Origin: Octopus vulgaris | Taxonomy: Eukaryota | Reading direction: 5' to 3' | Assembly: GCA_951406725.2 (NCBI GenBank) | Contig: OX597827.1 | Coordinates: forward strand, 57,846,001-57,910,000 | Length of the DNA: 64,000 nucleotides | Shown here: one piece after another, positions 1 to 12,133 of the stretch | Layout of the letters: every line of letters begins with the position of its first letter | Numbering within the stretch: position 1 is the stretch's first letter | The notes under the pieces: generated by a model | Databases searched by the model: none | Seen by the model: only the letters and a program-made list of their open reading frames with translations | What the model was told of the DNA's origin: nothing | Made by a program: the position numbers and the translations under genes

Positions 1-425
1 ATACTTGAACTTCATTTGAAAACAATTATTGAGAGAAAATAGGATTTTAACACTGAAGTATATTTGCCACCTAAATGTGGCTAACCACTAAGAGTGGGTG
101 CTACTGTAGCTTGTAGCCCCAGGAGAACATCTTCTCCACTTGGCTATTGACACACTTTCTGTGCCCTATCAGTATTTGCAAAGGGAAGTCATCCTTCCCA
201 TCGTCAACCTGACGTGATACGCACGGACTTGGGTTTCTGGGTATTTACCTGTCGTCAGCGCACGACAATCCCCGGTCTTCGATGCGAAGGGGTGCCAATG
301 CAAATACATATATCCTTTTTCCAGTGACGAAAAGTCACTGATCTCGAAAAAGTGTAAACAAGCAATAATAAATCTCGGCACTGTTTAAATTAAACAAATG
401 GAATTAAAACAATAATGCACCTGTA

Positions 426-429
426 TGTG

Positions 430-493
<64 letters not shown>

Positions 494-564
494 TGTGTGT
501 TGTGTGTGTTGTGTGTGTGTGTGTGAGAGTGTGTGTGTGTGTTGTGTGTGTGTGTGTGTGTGTG
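426..564. repeat. (GT)n microsatellite
   Basis: Direct reading. Confidence 0.98.
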
Positions 565-952
565 CCTAGTGATTTTGATGTGTCTGGTGAATTAGTGTTG
601 TTTAGTATCAGGTGGCCTTATTCATTCAGATCTATAACCAAAAATCATTCCAGTACAGCTACCCAGTCTTTTAATCTGCCTTGGTACATCGAGGATCACA
701 TTATCCAATGCATTCTTCTTTTCTAAAACAGTAGAGTATGATTCTAAGAAAATTAGGCAGCTATTTCGTCTAGTCAAGCAACTGCATATAGGCTTCCTTA
801 CAGGCTTATGTGTAGACAAAGTCTCCTGGCTCTTTGACATTTAAGAGGCAACCCAGATGGTGAAGATATGTTACATGTAAGCTGAATAACTCTTTTCAGC
901 ATCATTGTTCACTTCATTTACCATACAGGCATCATTGTAAAGAGTTGTTGCA

Positions 953-955
<3 letters not shown>

Positions 956-1011
<56 letters not shown>

Positions 1012-1094
1012 AATGATGGTGATGGTGATGGGTGGCAGTGACAGTGTTGGTAGTGATGGCAGTGATTATGATGAGGCTGATGACATTGATGGCA

Positions 1095-1135
<41 letters not shown>

Positions 1136-1136
1136 A
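956..1136. repeat. (GAT)n compound microsatellite
   Basis: Direct reading; source of the poly-M/D/H/I ORFs. Confidence 0.98.
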
Positions 1137-1654
1137 ATGTGCATTTACAATGTGCAGCTGCTATTCTGGTTACCAATTCAAGGAGGCTATCAAAAAGCCA
1201 TTCTTCAGTTACACAAGAATGGTATTACAAGTATTTTATCTCCGCTTCAGAATATATCACTCTCAGTTAGTGTGCAGCAAATGCTGAAGAGCAAAAGGTA
1301 TGCTGTTAGCTGAGACTAGCCTGCAATGCGACTTAAGATTCTTGGCTGAAACTATTTCACTTTGCTTGCACTGCTATTACTATATGGGAGGGTATATGAC
1401 TACTACAGCCCTTACTCATAAGAAAGTACATCTTGGTAAAATGTATCATGCTTTTGTTTATTGTCTTGGGTGCCCAGGTAGTCATTAGCAAATGCAGACA
1501 CTCTTTGACCCTATTACCCTTCCCCTACAGTTATATCCAGGATGTATCAGCTAGCTGGAAAGAAGGTTGCAACTATCACTAACTCAATTTACTAATTTCC
1601 TCTTTAAAATATAAAACTTTTGTATTTCGTCATTGTTATGCTTATGCTGCTACT

Positions 1655-1988
1655 GAGACTCCTTCGGTCATGACTGACCATGGGATTGCAACTAGAATGT
1701 TGCCCTCCCAGGCACAAGTCTGGGCAATGATGTTTATGGAAGTCCAGCAGTCACCCATGCATACCAGCCTCCTCTCTCCACGCCACCAGTGTTATCCAAG
1801 GGAAAGGCAAAGGCCAATACAGTTTGGCACCTGTGATGCTGCAACTCATTCCTACAGCTGAGTGAACTGGAGCAATATGAAATATAGTGTCTTGCTCAAG
1901 AACACAACACGCAGCCTGGTCCAGGATTCGAACTCACAGCCTCACGATTGTAAGCTCGATGCTCTAACCACTGAGCAATGCACCTTCA
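1655..1988 (-). mobile_element. tRNA-derived SINE family C (inverted relative at 19275-19595; related heads at 4716-5026 and 19025-19240)
   Basis: Minus-strand head GCTCAGTGGTTAGAGC...GAGTTCGAATCC with clear A and B boxes; body matches 19275-19595. Confidence 0.8.
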
Positions 1989-2283
1989 CTTTGTCATTGT
2001 AATAATTCTGAATTGTTGGAAATAATTTTTTTAAAAGTGTAGTACCCTCTGAATGACTGTGAATACAAAGTGAGGTAACTACCACCTCACAATGTGAGGT
2101 GGGGTTAGAAATTTGGATTTGAAATTAAGAAATATGAAAAGGATAAATGAGTTCACATATATAAATATATATATTAGATGGAAAAATGCGAGCATGAAAA
2201 TTATTATTCTTAAAATTATAAACCTGGAAAAGTACAGGACAAGTTGTTACACCTGGAAAAGTATAGGACAAACTATTACTTCT

Positions 2284-2571
2284 AGTAAAGAATAAGAATC
2301 TTTTTACTTAAAATATTGCAGCAAAGAATGCCAGTTCCTCTAATTTATCACTCTTTACAGATCTCATCTTTAAATTTATTGTACAAAACTGTTCAGCTAA
2401 TTTGTAAGTTTGTCTGATTAGTCACTTTTTTCTCTATTTAAGGTAGCAAATTAACCAAATTCTACTTAAATAAGTATAGTGTTATTTGTAAACAATAATA
2501 AAACAATTTTTAATATTGAAATTATAATTTTAGCTGCAATATTTTAAGTAAAAAGTTTCTTATTCTTTACT
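2284..2571. mobile_element. MITE-like element with 39-bp AT-rich terminal inverted repeats
   Basis: 2284-2322 and 2533-2571 are reverse complements with one mismatch; TSD not evident. Confidence 0.65.
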
Positions 2572-2897
2572 TTGAGAATTGAATTAGTGGTGAAGCTTGG
2601 AAGCTGCTGCGATTGATGAAATGGGGACTTAAGAATATATTCAACCACTACCGTGGTTGAATGATGTAATCTAAATTCTTTTTTTAATTATATATGGTGA
2701 AGTCCTTACAGTTTGTAGTAAGTGGTAATCATGTATAGCACTATTTCATCCTTATTAGAAATCTTCAGCATGACTTAACCTGTAAATTTATAAATTAGAT
2801 ATATTATGCAAAAAAAGATGAAAATCAAAATCAAAATCACAGTAAAAATCTCAATCAAATCGAAATCAAAATGGAAATTGTATGCATTAAGCACCAT

Positions 2898-3255
2898 TCA
2901 TGCGTTGGTCGATGCCTCTGTCACCTGACTGGCTCCCTGTGCTGGTGGGAGATAAAAAGCACCATCCCAATGTAGTCGATGCCAGTGTTGCCTGACTGGC
3001 TCCTGTGCCGGTGGCAGGTAAAAAGCACCATCTGAATATGGCCAATGCCAGTGCTGCCTGACTGGCTCCTGTGCCGGTGGCACGTAAAAAGCACCCACTA
3101 CACTCTTGGAGTGGTTAGCGTTAGGAAGGGCATCCAGCTTTAGAAACCTTGTCAGATCAGACTGGAGCCAGGTGCAGCTTCCTGGCTCGCCAGTCCCCAG
3201 TCAAACCATCCAACCTATGCCAGTATGGCAAATGGATGTTAAACGATGATGATGA
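2898..3255 (+). repeat. Repeat family D with ~66-bp internal tandem units and an (ATG)n tail (relatives at 10188-10560 minus, 6950-7047, 18755-18960, 22840-22975, 54250-54470)
   Basis: Three units of TGACTGGCTCCTGTGCCGGTGGCA..TAAAAAGCACC, then AGGAAGGGCATCCAGC and a GTTAAACGATGATGAT tail. Confidence 0.7.
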
Positions 3256-3656
3256 GATGTTACAATAAAATTAACGATGAAGTTAATTACAAATTGTCGA
3301 AAGTACACCTTCTTTTTCCAGAGAACATTGTAAATTTAAGAAAATGATTAAAGTGTTTAAGTATAAAGTGATTGCAGTCTGAAATTTAAGAAGACCTGCG
3401 ATTTGCTATTTTTTTTCTTAGTATTGAACTGTGAAGTCCAGTGCTATGAGTTATACATGCAACAAGCTTCAACACAGTTTCTGCTGCTTAAATTCCACTC
3501 ACAAGATATTGGTTAACCTGAGGCTATGATGAAACACACTTCCTCACGGTACCATACAGAGGGAACAAATTTGAAACTATACAGTATGCAGTCGCAAAAT
3601 AAGCTTCTTAATCAAACAATCATACCTGAAACCACATTTTGCTATTTACCTTTGCA

Positions 3657-3657
<1 letters not shown>

Positions 3658-3692
<35 letters not shown>

Positions 3693-3778
3693 ATTTCTTT
3701 TTTGGAACATTGGATCTTTAGGCATATCGCATAAAGATAAGCTATGAATAACAACATGTGACTATAGGGTTGAAAAGC

Positions 3779-3827
<49 letters not shown>

Positions 3828-3943
3828 ACATATATATGAATATACACAAGCACTCACACACCTATTTGTATATGTGTGTGTGTATGTGTGTGCATATATG
3901 TATACATACATATATATATATGTGTGTATAGATATACATATAC

Positions 3944-3975
<32 letters not shown>

Positions 3976-3986
3976 TTAATATATAC

Positions 3987-4053
<67 letters not shown>

Positions 4054-4062
4054 CATATATAT
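3658..4062. repeat. Compound (GT)n/(CA)n/(TA)n microsatellite cluster
   Basis: Direct reading. Confidence 0.95.
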
Positions 4063-4434
4063 TTGAGAACTGTTCTGTTGTAAACAACAGATGAAGGTTG
4101 TGCAACTTCTTGCCAGACACCCTGCACAGATGATTTATTCATAGTGATAAAGCGTTTGTGCTGTACATTAGCTCACACCTCCATCCATCAAATCGAGATT
4201 ACCTACACATGTGTACAGTGTGCGAAATGTCAGATGTTGAAGTGCTCATAGAACAACGTATACATATACTCATATTCTGAGCTCTATTTTTCCTTAGCAG
4301 AGGTAACTTGATAAGTACCACACATGAAACTATTGAACTTTGAGTCACTCTATAACTCCAGCTAAATATTTTTTTAAATGTACATACTCTCATATTTTGA
4401 GTTCTATTTTTCCTGTTTGTATCAACAGACCTGT

Positions 4435-4483
<49 letters not shown>

Positions 4484-4502
4484 TATGTATGTATATATAT
4501 AT

Positions 4503-4698
4503 AGTTAATCCAAACATGAAAACACAACAATGCGAGGACATGGAACAAATATAGTATTATTGGACGCTCAGGAAGGAAGGGAAGAAGGAGGGTTTTACGT
4601 TTCGAGCGGAGCTCTTCATCAGAAACATAGGAAAAGGAAAGATCCAGAGAAGGGAAGATGGAGGAAAAAAAATCGTCAACGGTACACACATGGTCACA
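4503..4698 (-). mobile_element. ~195-bp hammerhead-bearing element between (TA)n tracts; Penelope-like terminal repeat or retrozyme-like monomer
   Basis: Unique sequence bounded on both sides by TA microsatellite and containing the hammerhead motif at 4592-4626. Confidence 0.6.
4592..4626 (-). ncRNA. Minimal type I hammerhead ribozyme motif (Penelope-like-element type)
   Basis: Minus strand reads GTTT-CTGATGA-A-GAGC-TCC-GCTC-GAA-ACGT-A-AAAC: helix I GTTT/AAAC, intact core, 4-bp helix II, palindromic ACGT helix III and a GUA cleavage triplet. Confidence 0.75.
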
Positions 4699-5052
4699 TT
4701 ATATATATATATATAGTTGTTTGTTTGTTCCCGAGCCATGCCTAGCTCATTAGGGCTGGTTTCCCAGTTTCCTTGGTGTATAGATTCCCCACCTGGACGG
4801 GACGCTGGTCCATCGCAGGTGAGCTGCAAGATGCAGGAGAAAAGGAGGAAAGAGTGAGAGAAAGTTGTGGTGAAACAGTCAGCAGAAGTTCGCCATTACC
4901 TTCTGCTGGAGCCACGTGTAGTTTAGGTGTTTCACTCATAAACACACACATAGCCTGGTCTGAGATTTGAACCCGCGATCCCTCAACCGTGAGTCCACTG
5001 CTCTAACCACTAGGCCACGTGCCTCCACACACTCACACACACACACACACAC

Positions 5053-5131
<79 letters not shown>

Positions 5132-6354
5132 TATATACATATATATGCAGACACATACATATACATATATGTGAACACATATAAATGAATATATGCAAGT
5201 GCTGTGAATACAACAGATTGAACATTATATAAGCAAATAAGAAGTCTGAGATTAATGAAATCAAAGTATTTGAGAGTGTAAAATTAATATCTTTGTGTGT
5301 GTGTGCCAAACTGAAGAATCCAATCATTATACATCATAGATTGATGGATTTATAAGCTAGTATCCGTAGTATTGTTCTCAGAACCTCACCTCTGTTTACA
5401 GTTTCTCTGCAGGTCTCAGCATTTAGAAGTTCACACTGAATATTTTAGTATCATAGAAATTCTAAATCTCATATCACACCTGCATGCCTCTGAACAGAAG
5501 AGCTTGAAAATTATCGTGTGATTTAGGGGAAATGAAGAACAGAATCTGGTAACAGTATACTGCCTGTGATTATGAACTTCATAAGCCATAACCAGGCAAG
5601 TATGAATTAGTATGTGACATGATTTCATTAATTGCTTTAGCTGCCTAATTAGTCATAAGCACCCTTTTGTTTCACCTACATCAGACCCGTCTGTGAAATA
5701 TCAAGGATGTGACTGACAGAGGGGAGAGCACTGCACCAACACTATAAGTCTAGAATTCATTATCAGTTGGGTTGACTGGAGGAGCATGAAATGAAGTAGG
5801 TTTCTCAAGGACGCAATGCACCAACACAGACTAGGAATTGAAAACACGCCCTCACAATAGTCAGGAAAACACCTTTACTACAGGGCAACACATCTCTTTT
5901 TTTAAATTATGGGTGATTTAAAGAAGAAGTAGGAGGAGGAGGAGGAGGAGGAGTATGATGATGATGATGATGAGGAGGAGGAGGAGGAGGGTGGAGGAAC
6001 AGGGTTGATCTACATACAGATGTCTACAAATGTCTTAGCTGTGAGCAAGGTCAAAAGAAAGATAAAATTAAAATTCTCGCAGTGAGTTCAGGAGAGTTGG
6101 AAATTTGAAAAGCACCTGAGGCCAAACTGGGATAAAATCTAATGAAAACCATCAACTGAAGAAGAGTGGTTGTTGTTACTGCTGTTTAGCCCCGGGGCAG
6201 CCTATGGCTAAACAGACCTTTGATAAAAGGCTCTCAATCCATGATCATACCATCTTTTTCTTAAATAGTATAACTGAGACAACATTTTCTAATCTAGTGA
6301 AGCCTACGTCATTTAGAATGGCCTTCTCTGTACCAATCGATAGAAAATTGGCTG

Positions 6355-6590
6355 CTACTTCTTATTTCTTAATTGCCCACAAGGGGCTAAACATAGAGGG
6401 GACAAACAAGGACAGACAAAGGGATTAAGTTGATTACATCGACCCCAGTGCATAACTGGTACTTAATTTATCGACCCCGAAAAGATGAAAAGCAAAATCA
6501 ACCTCGACAGAATTTGAACTCAGAACACAGCAGTGGATGAAATACCACAAAGCATTTTGCCCGGCGTGCTAACGTTTCTGCCAGCTTGCT
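6355..6590 (-). mobile_element. tRNA-derived SINE family B (related copies at ~13480-13710, 19800-19995, 45605-45905, 62025-62215, 62450-62635)
   Basis: Minus-strand head CTGGCAGAAACGTTAGCACGCCGGGC...GAGTTCAAATTC, repeated at the listed loci. Confidence 0.75.
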
Positions 6591-6845
6591 ATTTCTTGCA
6601 GGTTGAGTGACCACATACAGCACTTATGGGGTAACTTTGGCTTGTGGGACTTTCTGAAGGCACACCTGTTTCGTGTAGCCCACTTCTCAAAAGATGTTGC
6701 TTGATACAGAACCACATCCCTTGCCTTGTCTAAAGAGTAATAGTTCTTATGGCTTGGTATGAGATGACTGTTGTTCAATGTAGCTCAGTAGATCTAGGAA
6801 TAGTATATGAAATCATTCAGAGACTCCTAAGATGGAATTTCTTGC

Positions 6846-7134
6846 TTCACAGACAAGCAAATGAGGAGAGATTATTCCTAAGTAAAATTCAGAATGAGAT
6901 GTAAAAAATATGAAAGCTGAAAGCGACAAGAATGAAATATGACTGGATAAAATGGCCACGTTCGGATGGTGCTTTTTATGTGCCATCGGCACGGGGGCCA
7001 GGCGAGGCTGGCAACGGCCACGAATGGATGGTGCTTTTTACGTGCCATTCACAGACAAGCAAATGAGGAGACATTATTCCTAAGTAAAATTCAGAATGAG
7101 ATGTAAAAAATATGAAAGCTGAAAGCGACAAGAA
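6846..7134. repeat. 87-bp direct repeat flanking a 115-bp insert
   Basis: 6846-6932 matches 7048-7134 with one mismatch. Confidence 0.95.
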
Positions 7135-7195
7135 ATCGACTGGAGAAGAGTGCTTGTTGATACTGTTGCTAAGCCTAAAGCTTAAATAGTAATAT

Positions 7196-7500
7196 GTGAG
7201 AGAGAGAGGGGGGAAGAGAATGAGAGTGTGAAAAAGGGGGAGAGAGAGGAGAAAGAGCGAGAGAAAGTGAGAAAGAGGGAGAGGGGGAGAGAGTGAGAAA
7301 GAGAGATGGAGGGAGAGTGAGAAAGAGAGAGGGGAGAGAAAGGGAAAGAGAGAGGGAGAGCAAGAGTGAGAAAGAGGGAGAGGAGGGAGAGGGAGAAAGA
7401 GAGAGAGGGGAGAGGGTGAAAGAGAGAGTGAGTAACAGAGAGAGAGAGAAAGTGAGAAGGAGAGTGAGTGAGAAAGAGAGGGAGAAAGAGAGAGAGAGAG
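7196..7500. repeat. GA-rich polypurine low-complexity tract
   Basis: Direct reading. Confidence 0.95.
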
Positions 7501-7732
7501 TTGTGGAAAGAAGACTGAAGAAAGGAATCTAGATAACGGTAATGCCCAATGTCAAAGAAAGAAAATTCAGTAATGGAAAAAATGAATGATAAATGGCAGT
7601 AAATCTGGTAGAATCTACCAAAGTGTGACTGTAAAAGAGCTCAGAGGAACTGAAGCTTAAATAGTATAGGGATAAAACTCTTTAATGGTTTACACTTGAA
7701 GAAACTATGGATGGTTTAGTTGCTCTAAGTTA

Positions 7733-9041
7733 GATTCCAAGAAAACTTATCTCACCATTAACGTGCAAAACTAAATGATAGGAACAAAGAAAGTGAAAGG
7801 AAGGCATCTTAGACATGAGGCTATGGCATGGAAAAAGAGGGTGAAATATCAAAGACTTATTCCCTTCTCTAACAAGGATTTTTAAGGCCATTTTTCCTAC
7901 TAAAACAGACATTGCCTTGTTTTCCTCATGCCGGTCTTCTCTGCCCTATCTTCAATCTCCCATCTAACCAATCCCACTTGCTCTCATTTCCTCTTCCTAT
8001 CATTTTTAGCCATGTCTTTTACTTCCTCTATTTCCTTCTACATCCATTTCCATCACTCCTCTCACCCAGTCTCATTCAGCCTTCCTCCCCGTGTCTGACC
8101 CCGATCTTCTCACAACATCCATCACGAGCTCTCTTCTCATCTGCCTCCAGCATTCAATGCATTGTCTAACTTTCTTTCTCTCAGTAATACTTAGCAAATA
8201 AATACCCACTTAATCATTCACAGCTTTGTTCTTTCCAGCTGGTCTCTGTTGTTCCTTGTTCATTACCCATGTAACGTTCCCATAAATCACGTCACTTCTC
8301 ACACATTGACCTTTCCTTCAGTTTCAATGAACTTTCCTTTCAGTTTTAGCGATGTCTTCCTTCAATTTCAATGATAATTCTGTTCTCATTAACATGTCGC
8401 TTAGTTCCCAGTTTTACTCACATGTCCCTCTGGCTAAACCCATCTTTTCTGCTTAGTATGTTGATTAAGTAATAAAATGTTTCCACATTCCATCAGTTTC
8501 TCTGTCATACAAAAGATGTCTTCCTTCAATTTCAATGATAATTCTGTTCTCATTAACATGTCGCTTAGTTCCCAGTTTTACTCACATGTCCCTCTGGCTA
8601 AACCCATCTTTTCTGCTTAGTATGTTGATTAAGTAATAAAATATTTCCACATTCCATCAGTTTCTCTGTCACACAAAACGTATTCTTATCAACTTCTACC
8701 TTCAGCTTATTCTGTCCAACACTCTGATCTGCCTTAATAAATGTTACCACTTCTGAGATAGCATTTACTAAGGGCATAACATACAGTTATTTTTAGCAGT
8801 AGCTTGGTGAAAATAAAAGGGATTGCCTAGAAATTAATGAGACAAGGAAATGACACTGTCAGGAGCTTTTGGGTGCCATAGCCATAATTTAGGACATACT
8901 TGTTAGAGAAGGTAGTAAGTCTATTATATTTCATCCTCTTTTCCATGCCATAGCCTGATATCTAACATGTCTTCCTTCCTCTTTCTTTGTTCCTATCGTT
9001 TAGTTTTGCACGTTAATGGTGGGATAAGTTTTCTTGGAATC
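7733..9041. repeat. Diverged ~140-bp inverted repeat (7733-7876 / 8899-9041)
   Basis: GATTCCAAGAAAACTTATCTCACCATTAACGTGCAAAACTAAA... is matched by its reverse complement ending at 9041. Confidence 0.85.
8351..8678. repeat. Tandem duplication of a 164-bp unit (2 copies, 2 mismatches)
   Basis: 8351-8514 matches 8515-8678. Confidence 0.95.
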
Positions 9042-9397
9042 ATGTCTGGCTACAAACCTCTGTTCTTTGTTTTCTGAAACTTTTTCAGGAAACAAAGACA
9101 TAACACACCTTTGTCTAGCACCTCTTCTGATACCAGTGGAATTTCTGCATTCTCCATCCAGCTTTCTGTATGCTGATAGGTTCCAATAAAATGCTCTGCA
9201 AGATTCGGAGGTCTTACCCATGTAGATTAAGGTTACTGAGTTTTTCAAATAACATGTTATGTCTTACTGTGTTGAAGGCCTTTGTGTAATCTATGGAACA
9301 CACAAGGACATCTTTTCGCATCTACATCACCTGATCTGCCATCATTCTCCATACAAAAATAACATTCATAGTACCATCACTCTTCACAAAGCCAAAC

Positions 9398-9799
9398 TCT
9401 TTTACTCTTTTACTTGTTTCAGTCATGTGACTGTGGCCATGCTGGAGTACCACCTTTAGTCCAGCAAATTGACCCCAGGACTTATTCTTTGTAAGCCTAG
9501 TACTTATTCTATCGGTCTCTTTTGCCAAACCGCTAAGTTATGAGGATGTAAACACACCAGCATCAGTTGTCAAGCGATGTTGGGGGAGGGACAAACACAG
9601 ATACACAAACATATACACACACACATATATATATATATACACACATATATACGACGGTCTTCTTTCAGTTTCCATCTACCAAATCCACTCACAAGGCTTT
9701 GGTCGGCCCGAGGCTATAGTAGAAGACACTTGCCCAAGGTGCCATGCAGTGGGACTGAACCCAGAACCATGTGGTTGGTAAGCAAGCTACTTACCACAC
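9398..9799 (-). mobile_element. tRNA-derived SINE family A, full length, with internal (CA/TA)n
   Basis: Minus-strand head TGTGGTAAG...GGTTCAGTCCC (A/B-box-like), then CCTTGGGCAAGT and an AAAAGAGT tail; many near-identical copies in the window. Confidence 0.85.
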
Positions 9800-10859
9800 C
9801 AATTTCAGGTGTTATCCTGCTTCTTACTTGCAGAAGTAAAATTCTCAGACTGAACTTTGTAATGTGACTCATGAGACTAATCTTGACTAGTAATGTACAA
9901 AAATACAGCATGACTTGAAAGCCAGGTATATCTTGAATCAATGGGTAAAAAATAAGCATCCAAATAGATCAGTAAGAAAAACTGAGTAAGTACAGAAATC
10001 TCTGAAGGGAATAGAGAAGATAGTGTCATTTAAGATTATCATTTAAGTGAAAGAACAGAAGTTGAATGATAAGTGAGAGAGTTACTAGAAGAAAAGAAAG
10101 TGGGGTTCTTTAACCACTGGTCAATGCTGATCAAGCATTGTACACTATGAGCAATAGTGTCTCTACTGTGACACTCTGGCCTAAAATCATCATCATTGTT
10201 TAACGTCCGCTTTCCATGCTAGCATGGGTTGGACGATTTGACTGAGGGCTGGCGAACCAGATGGCTGCACCAGGCTTCTATTTTGATCTGGCAGAGTTTC
10301 TACAGCTGGATGCCCTTCCTAACGCCAACCGCTCTGAGAGTGTAGTGGGTGCTTTTATGTGCCACCGGCACGGGGCCAGTTCAGGCAGTACTGGCAACGA
10401 CCTTGCTCGAATCTTTTACACATGCCACCGGCACAGGTGCTAGTAAGGCGATGCTGGTAACGATCATGCTTGAATGGTGTCTTTTACGTGCCACTGGCAC
10501 AGAGGCTAGATAGCTGCTCTGGCAACGATCACGTTCGGATGGTTCTCTTAACACCCTACTAGCAAGGGACTCATAAAAAAATTTTTAAATTAAAAAACCC
10601 CACATTCCATGAATTTCTTCTAGGTTGTAACTGTTTTTTCCATCAATAAAAAATGTCTTGCATCATAAAATATTTAATTTAATTTTAAAATACCTCAGCA
10701 ATATTAAATTAAACATGATGAAGATTTCTAAAAAGAATGAAAGTGTTATACATGATTTTTACTTAGAAGAAATTTTAAGAACTTGAAAATAAGTAGCCAA
10801 AAAATAAATAAATAAATAAATAAATGCCTATTTTATGCATCTTTTCCCTTACTCCTTAA

Positions 10860-11291
10860 CCCTTTAGTGTTTAAACCGGCCATATCAGGCCAAAATTGTC
10901 TTCCTGTTTTATGTTCAAACCAGCCAGCTCTGACCCCTCACACCTACCCTACAAAGTCATTCTAAAAATAAACAGGGACATCATCAAAATCTCAGTGTTA
11001 TAAGATGCTGTACAATTAATTTAAAACAATGTGATTAAACAGACTTTACATTTGGCAGAGTAATCTGAATGCTAATCTTTTTCATACTAACTCACTCACC
11101 CAAGACTGCCCCAGATTCTATGATACAAACTTCTTGTTTTAAAGTGATCTAAATTAAAATTTTCCATCAAAATTTATGTTAATTTATGCTTAAACACCAG
11201 CTTAATAATGACAAAATTATTTTACTAAATTCTTCATTAACTAAAACATAGGCAGTGTATTTCCACAGAAATAATGTAACAGAAAAGTTAA
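10860..11291. mobile_element. Two abutting piggyBac-type MITEs (family 1 at ~10860-11075, family 2 at ~11075-11291)
   Basis: Starts TTAA|CCCTTTAGTG like the 58327 copy. The second half matches 12780-12935 and 45503-45998. Confidence 0.7.
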
Positions 11292-12133
11292 TTTCAAATT
11301 CAAACTTGTAATTCTGCCAAACCCTATAAAGAAATGACTAACTCCCTTGTATTAACTGTTTACTAGGGGGCATCACATATTTGAAAAATTATCTAATGTG
11401 TGCTTGCCCTATTTAAGATGGGTGCAGTCTGAGGAAGATTTTCTTGTTATTTTTAGAAGGGAGGTGAATGACCCCGTAAAAGCTCCCTGCTGTTTCAAGC
11501 AGGGGATTTTACAGGGAGAATGTAAGTGAGGAAAGGATCTATAAATAGATAGCATGCCTTGTTTGCTTTTTTCATTTCTGCTGATGCCACACGCATGCAT
11601 GCGCATGTATGCACACGCACACACACACACACACCACTAGTCATCTAAGATTCTAGTGATTATATTTGAACATCTGGTAAGTTTGTTCCACAAGAACATA
11701 TAGGCAATTAACTTCAAGGTGTCTTCACAAATTATAGTGATTAAATTGGAAGGAAGAAATAAAATAAAACAAAACAAAACAAAACAAACAGAAGAAACTC
11801 CAGTTAAAATATATAAAATTAACAAGGAGAGAGTGGGGTAATGTTATCCACTAGAATGTTTATGTTGAAAGTTATCTCCATGAGTATTTATTTACATTCT
11901 ATCTTCTGTGCTTAATTCGATGCAGTGCTGTTCTTCTTATTTAGTATCAGAATGGTTTAGAGAATTGAGTGGTATGTCCTGCGAATTTTATTCTCTCTTT
12001 GTAATATGAAACCAGGCTTACAGCAGCTATTTTACTTTTTCAGTTGACTATACCTACTCTATTCCTGCAGCTTACTATAAGTAAAACTATGATGAAACAA
12101 GGTGAATTTGAATTTTTTTTTTTTTTTTTTTTC

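Noticed and set aside
240-267. Resemblance of GGTATTTACC and the CAGCGC-loop hairpin to dicistrovirus IGR-IRES stem-loops IV and V
   Set aside because: The required pseudoknots were not found, and G-U pairs in the adjacent module favour the opposite strand as the RNA.
415-1313. ORFs with poly-CV, poly-M, poly-D, poly-H and poly-I
   Set aside because: They are translations of (GT)n and (GAT)n microsatellites.
2082-2102. Short perfect palindromes (also 2639-2662 and 48879-48902)
   Set aside because: Isolated ~10-bp arms with no supporting context; plausible by chance or as repeat remnants.
2898-3098. Regularly spaced ~66-bp units resembling a CRISPR array or repeat protein
   Set aside because: Intervening parts are similar to one another, the context is eukaryotic with no cas genes, and the units belong to repeat family D.
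3526-5327. Cluster of overlapping YI/HT/CV-rich ORFs
   Set aside because: Dinucleotide microsatellites lack stop codons in these frames.
9577-9867. Recurring ORFs containing RRHLPKVPCSGTEP (also near 20207, 21039, 53780, 59920)
   Set aside because: Antisense translations of SINE family A, not a protein family.
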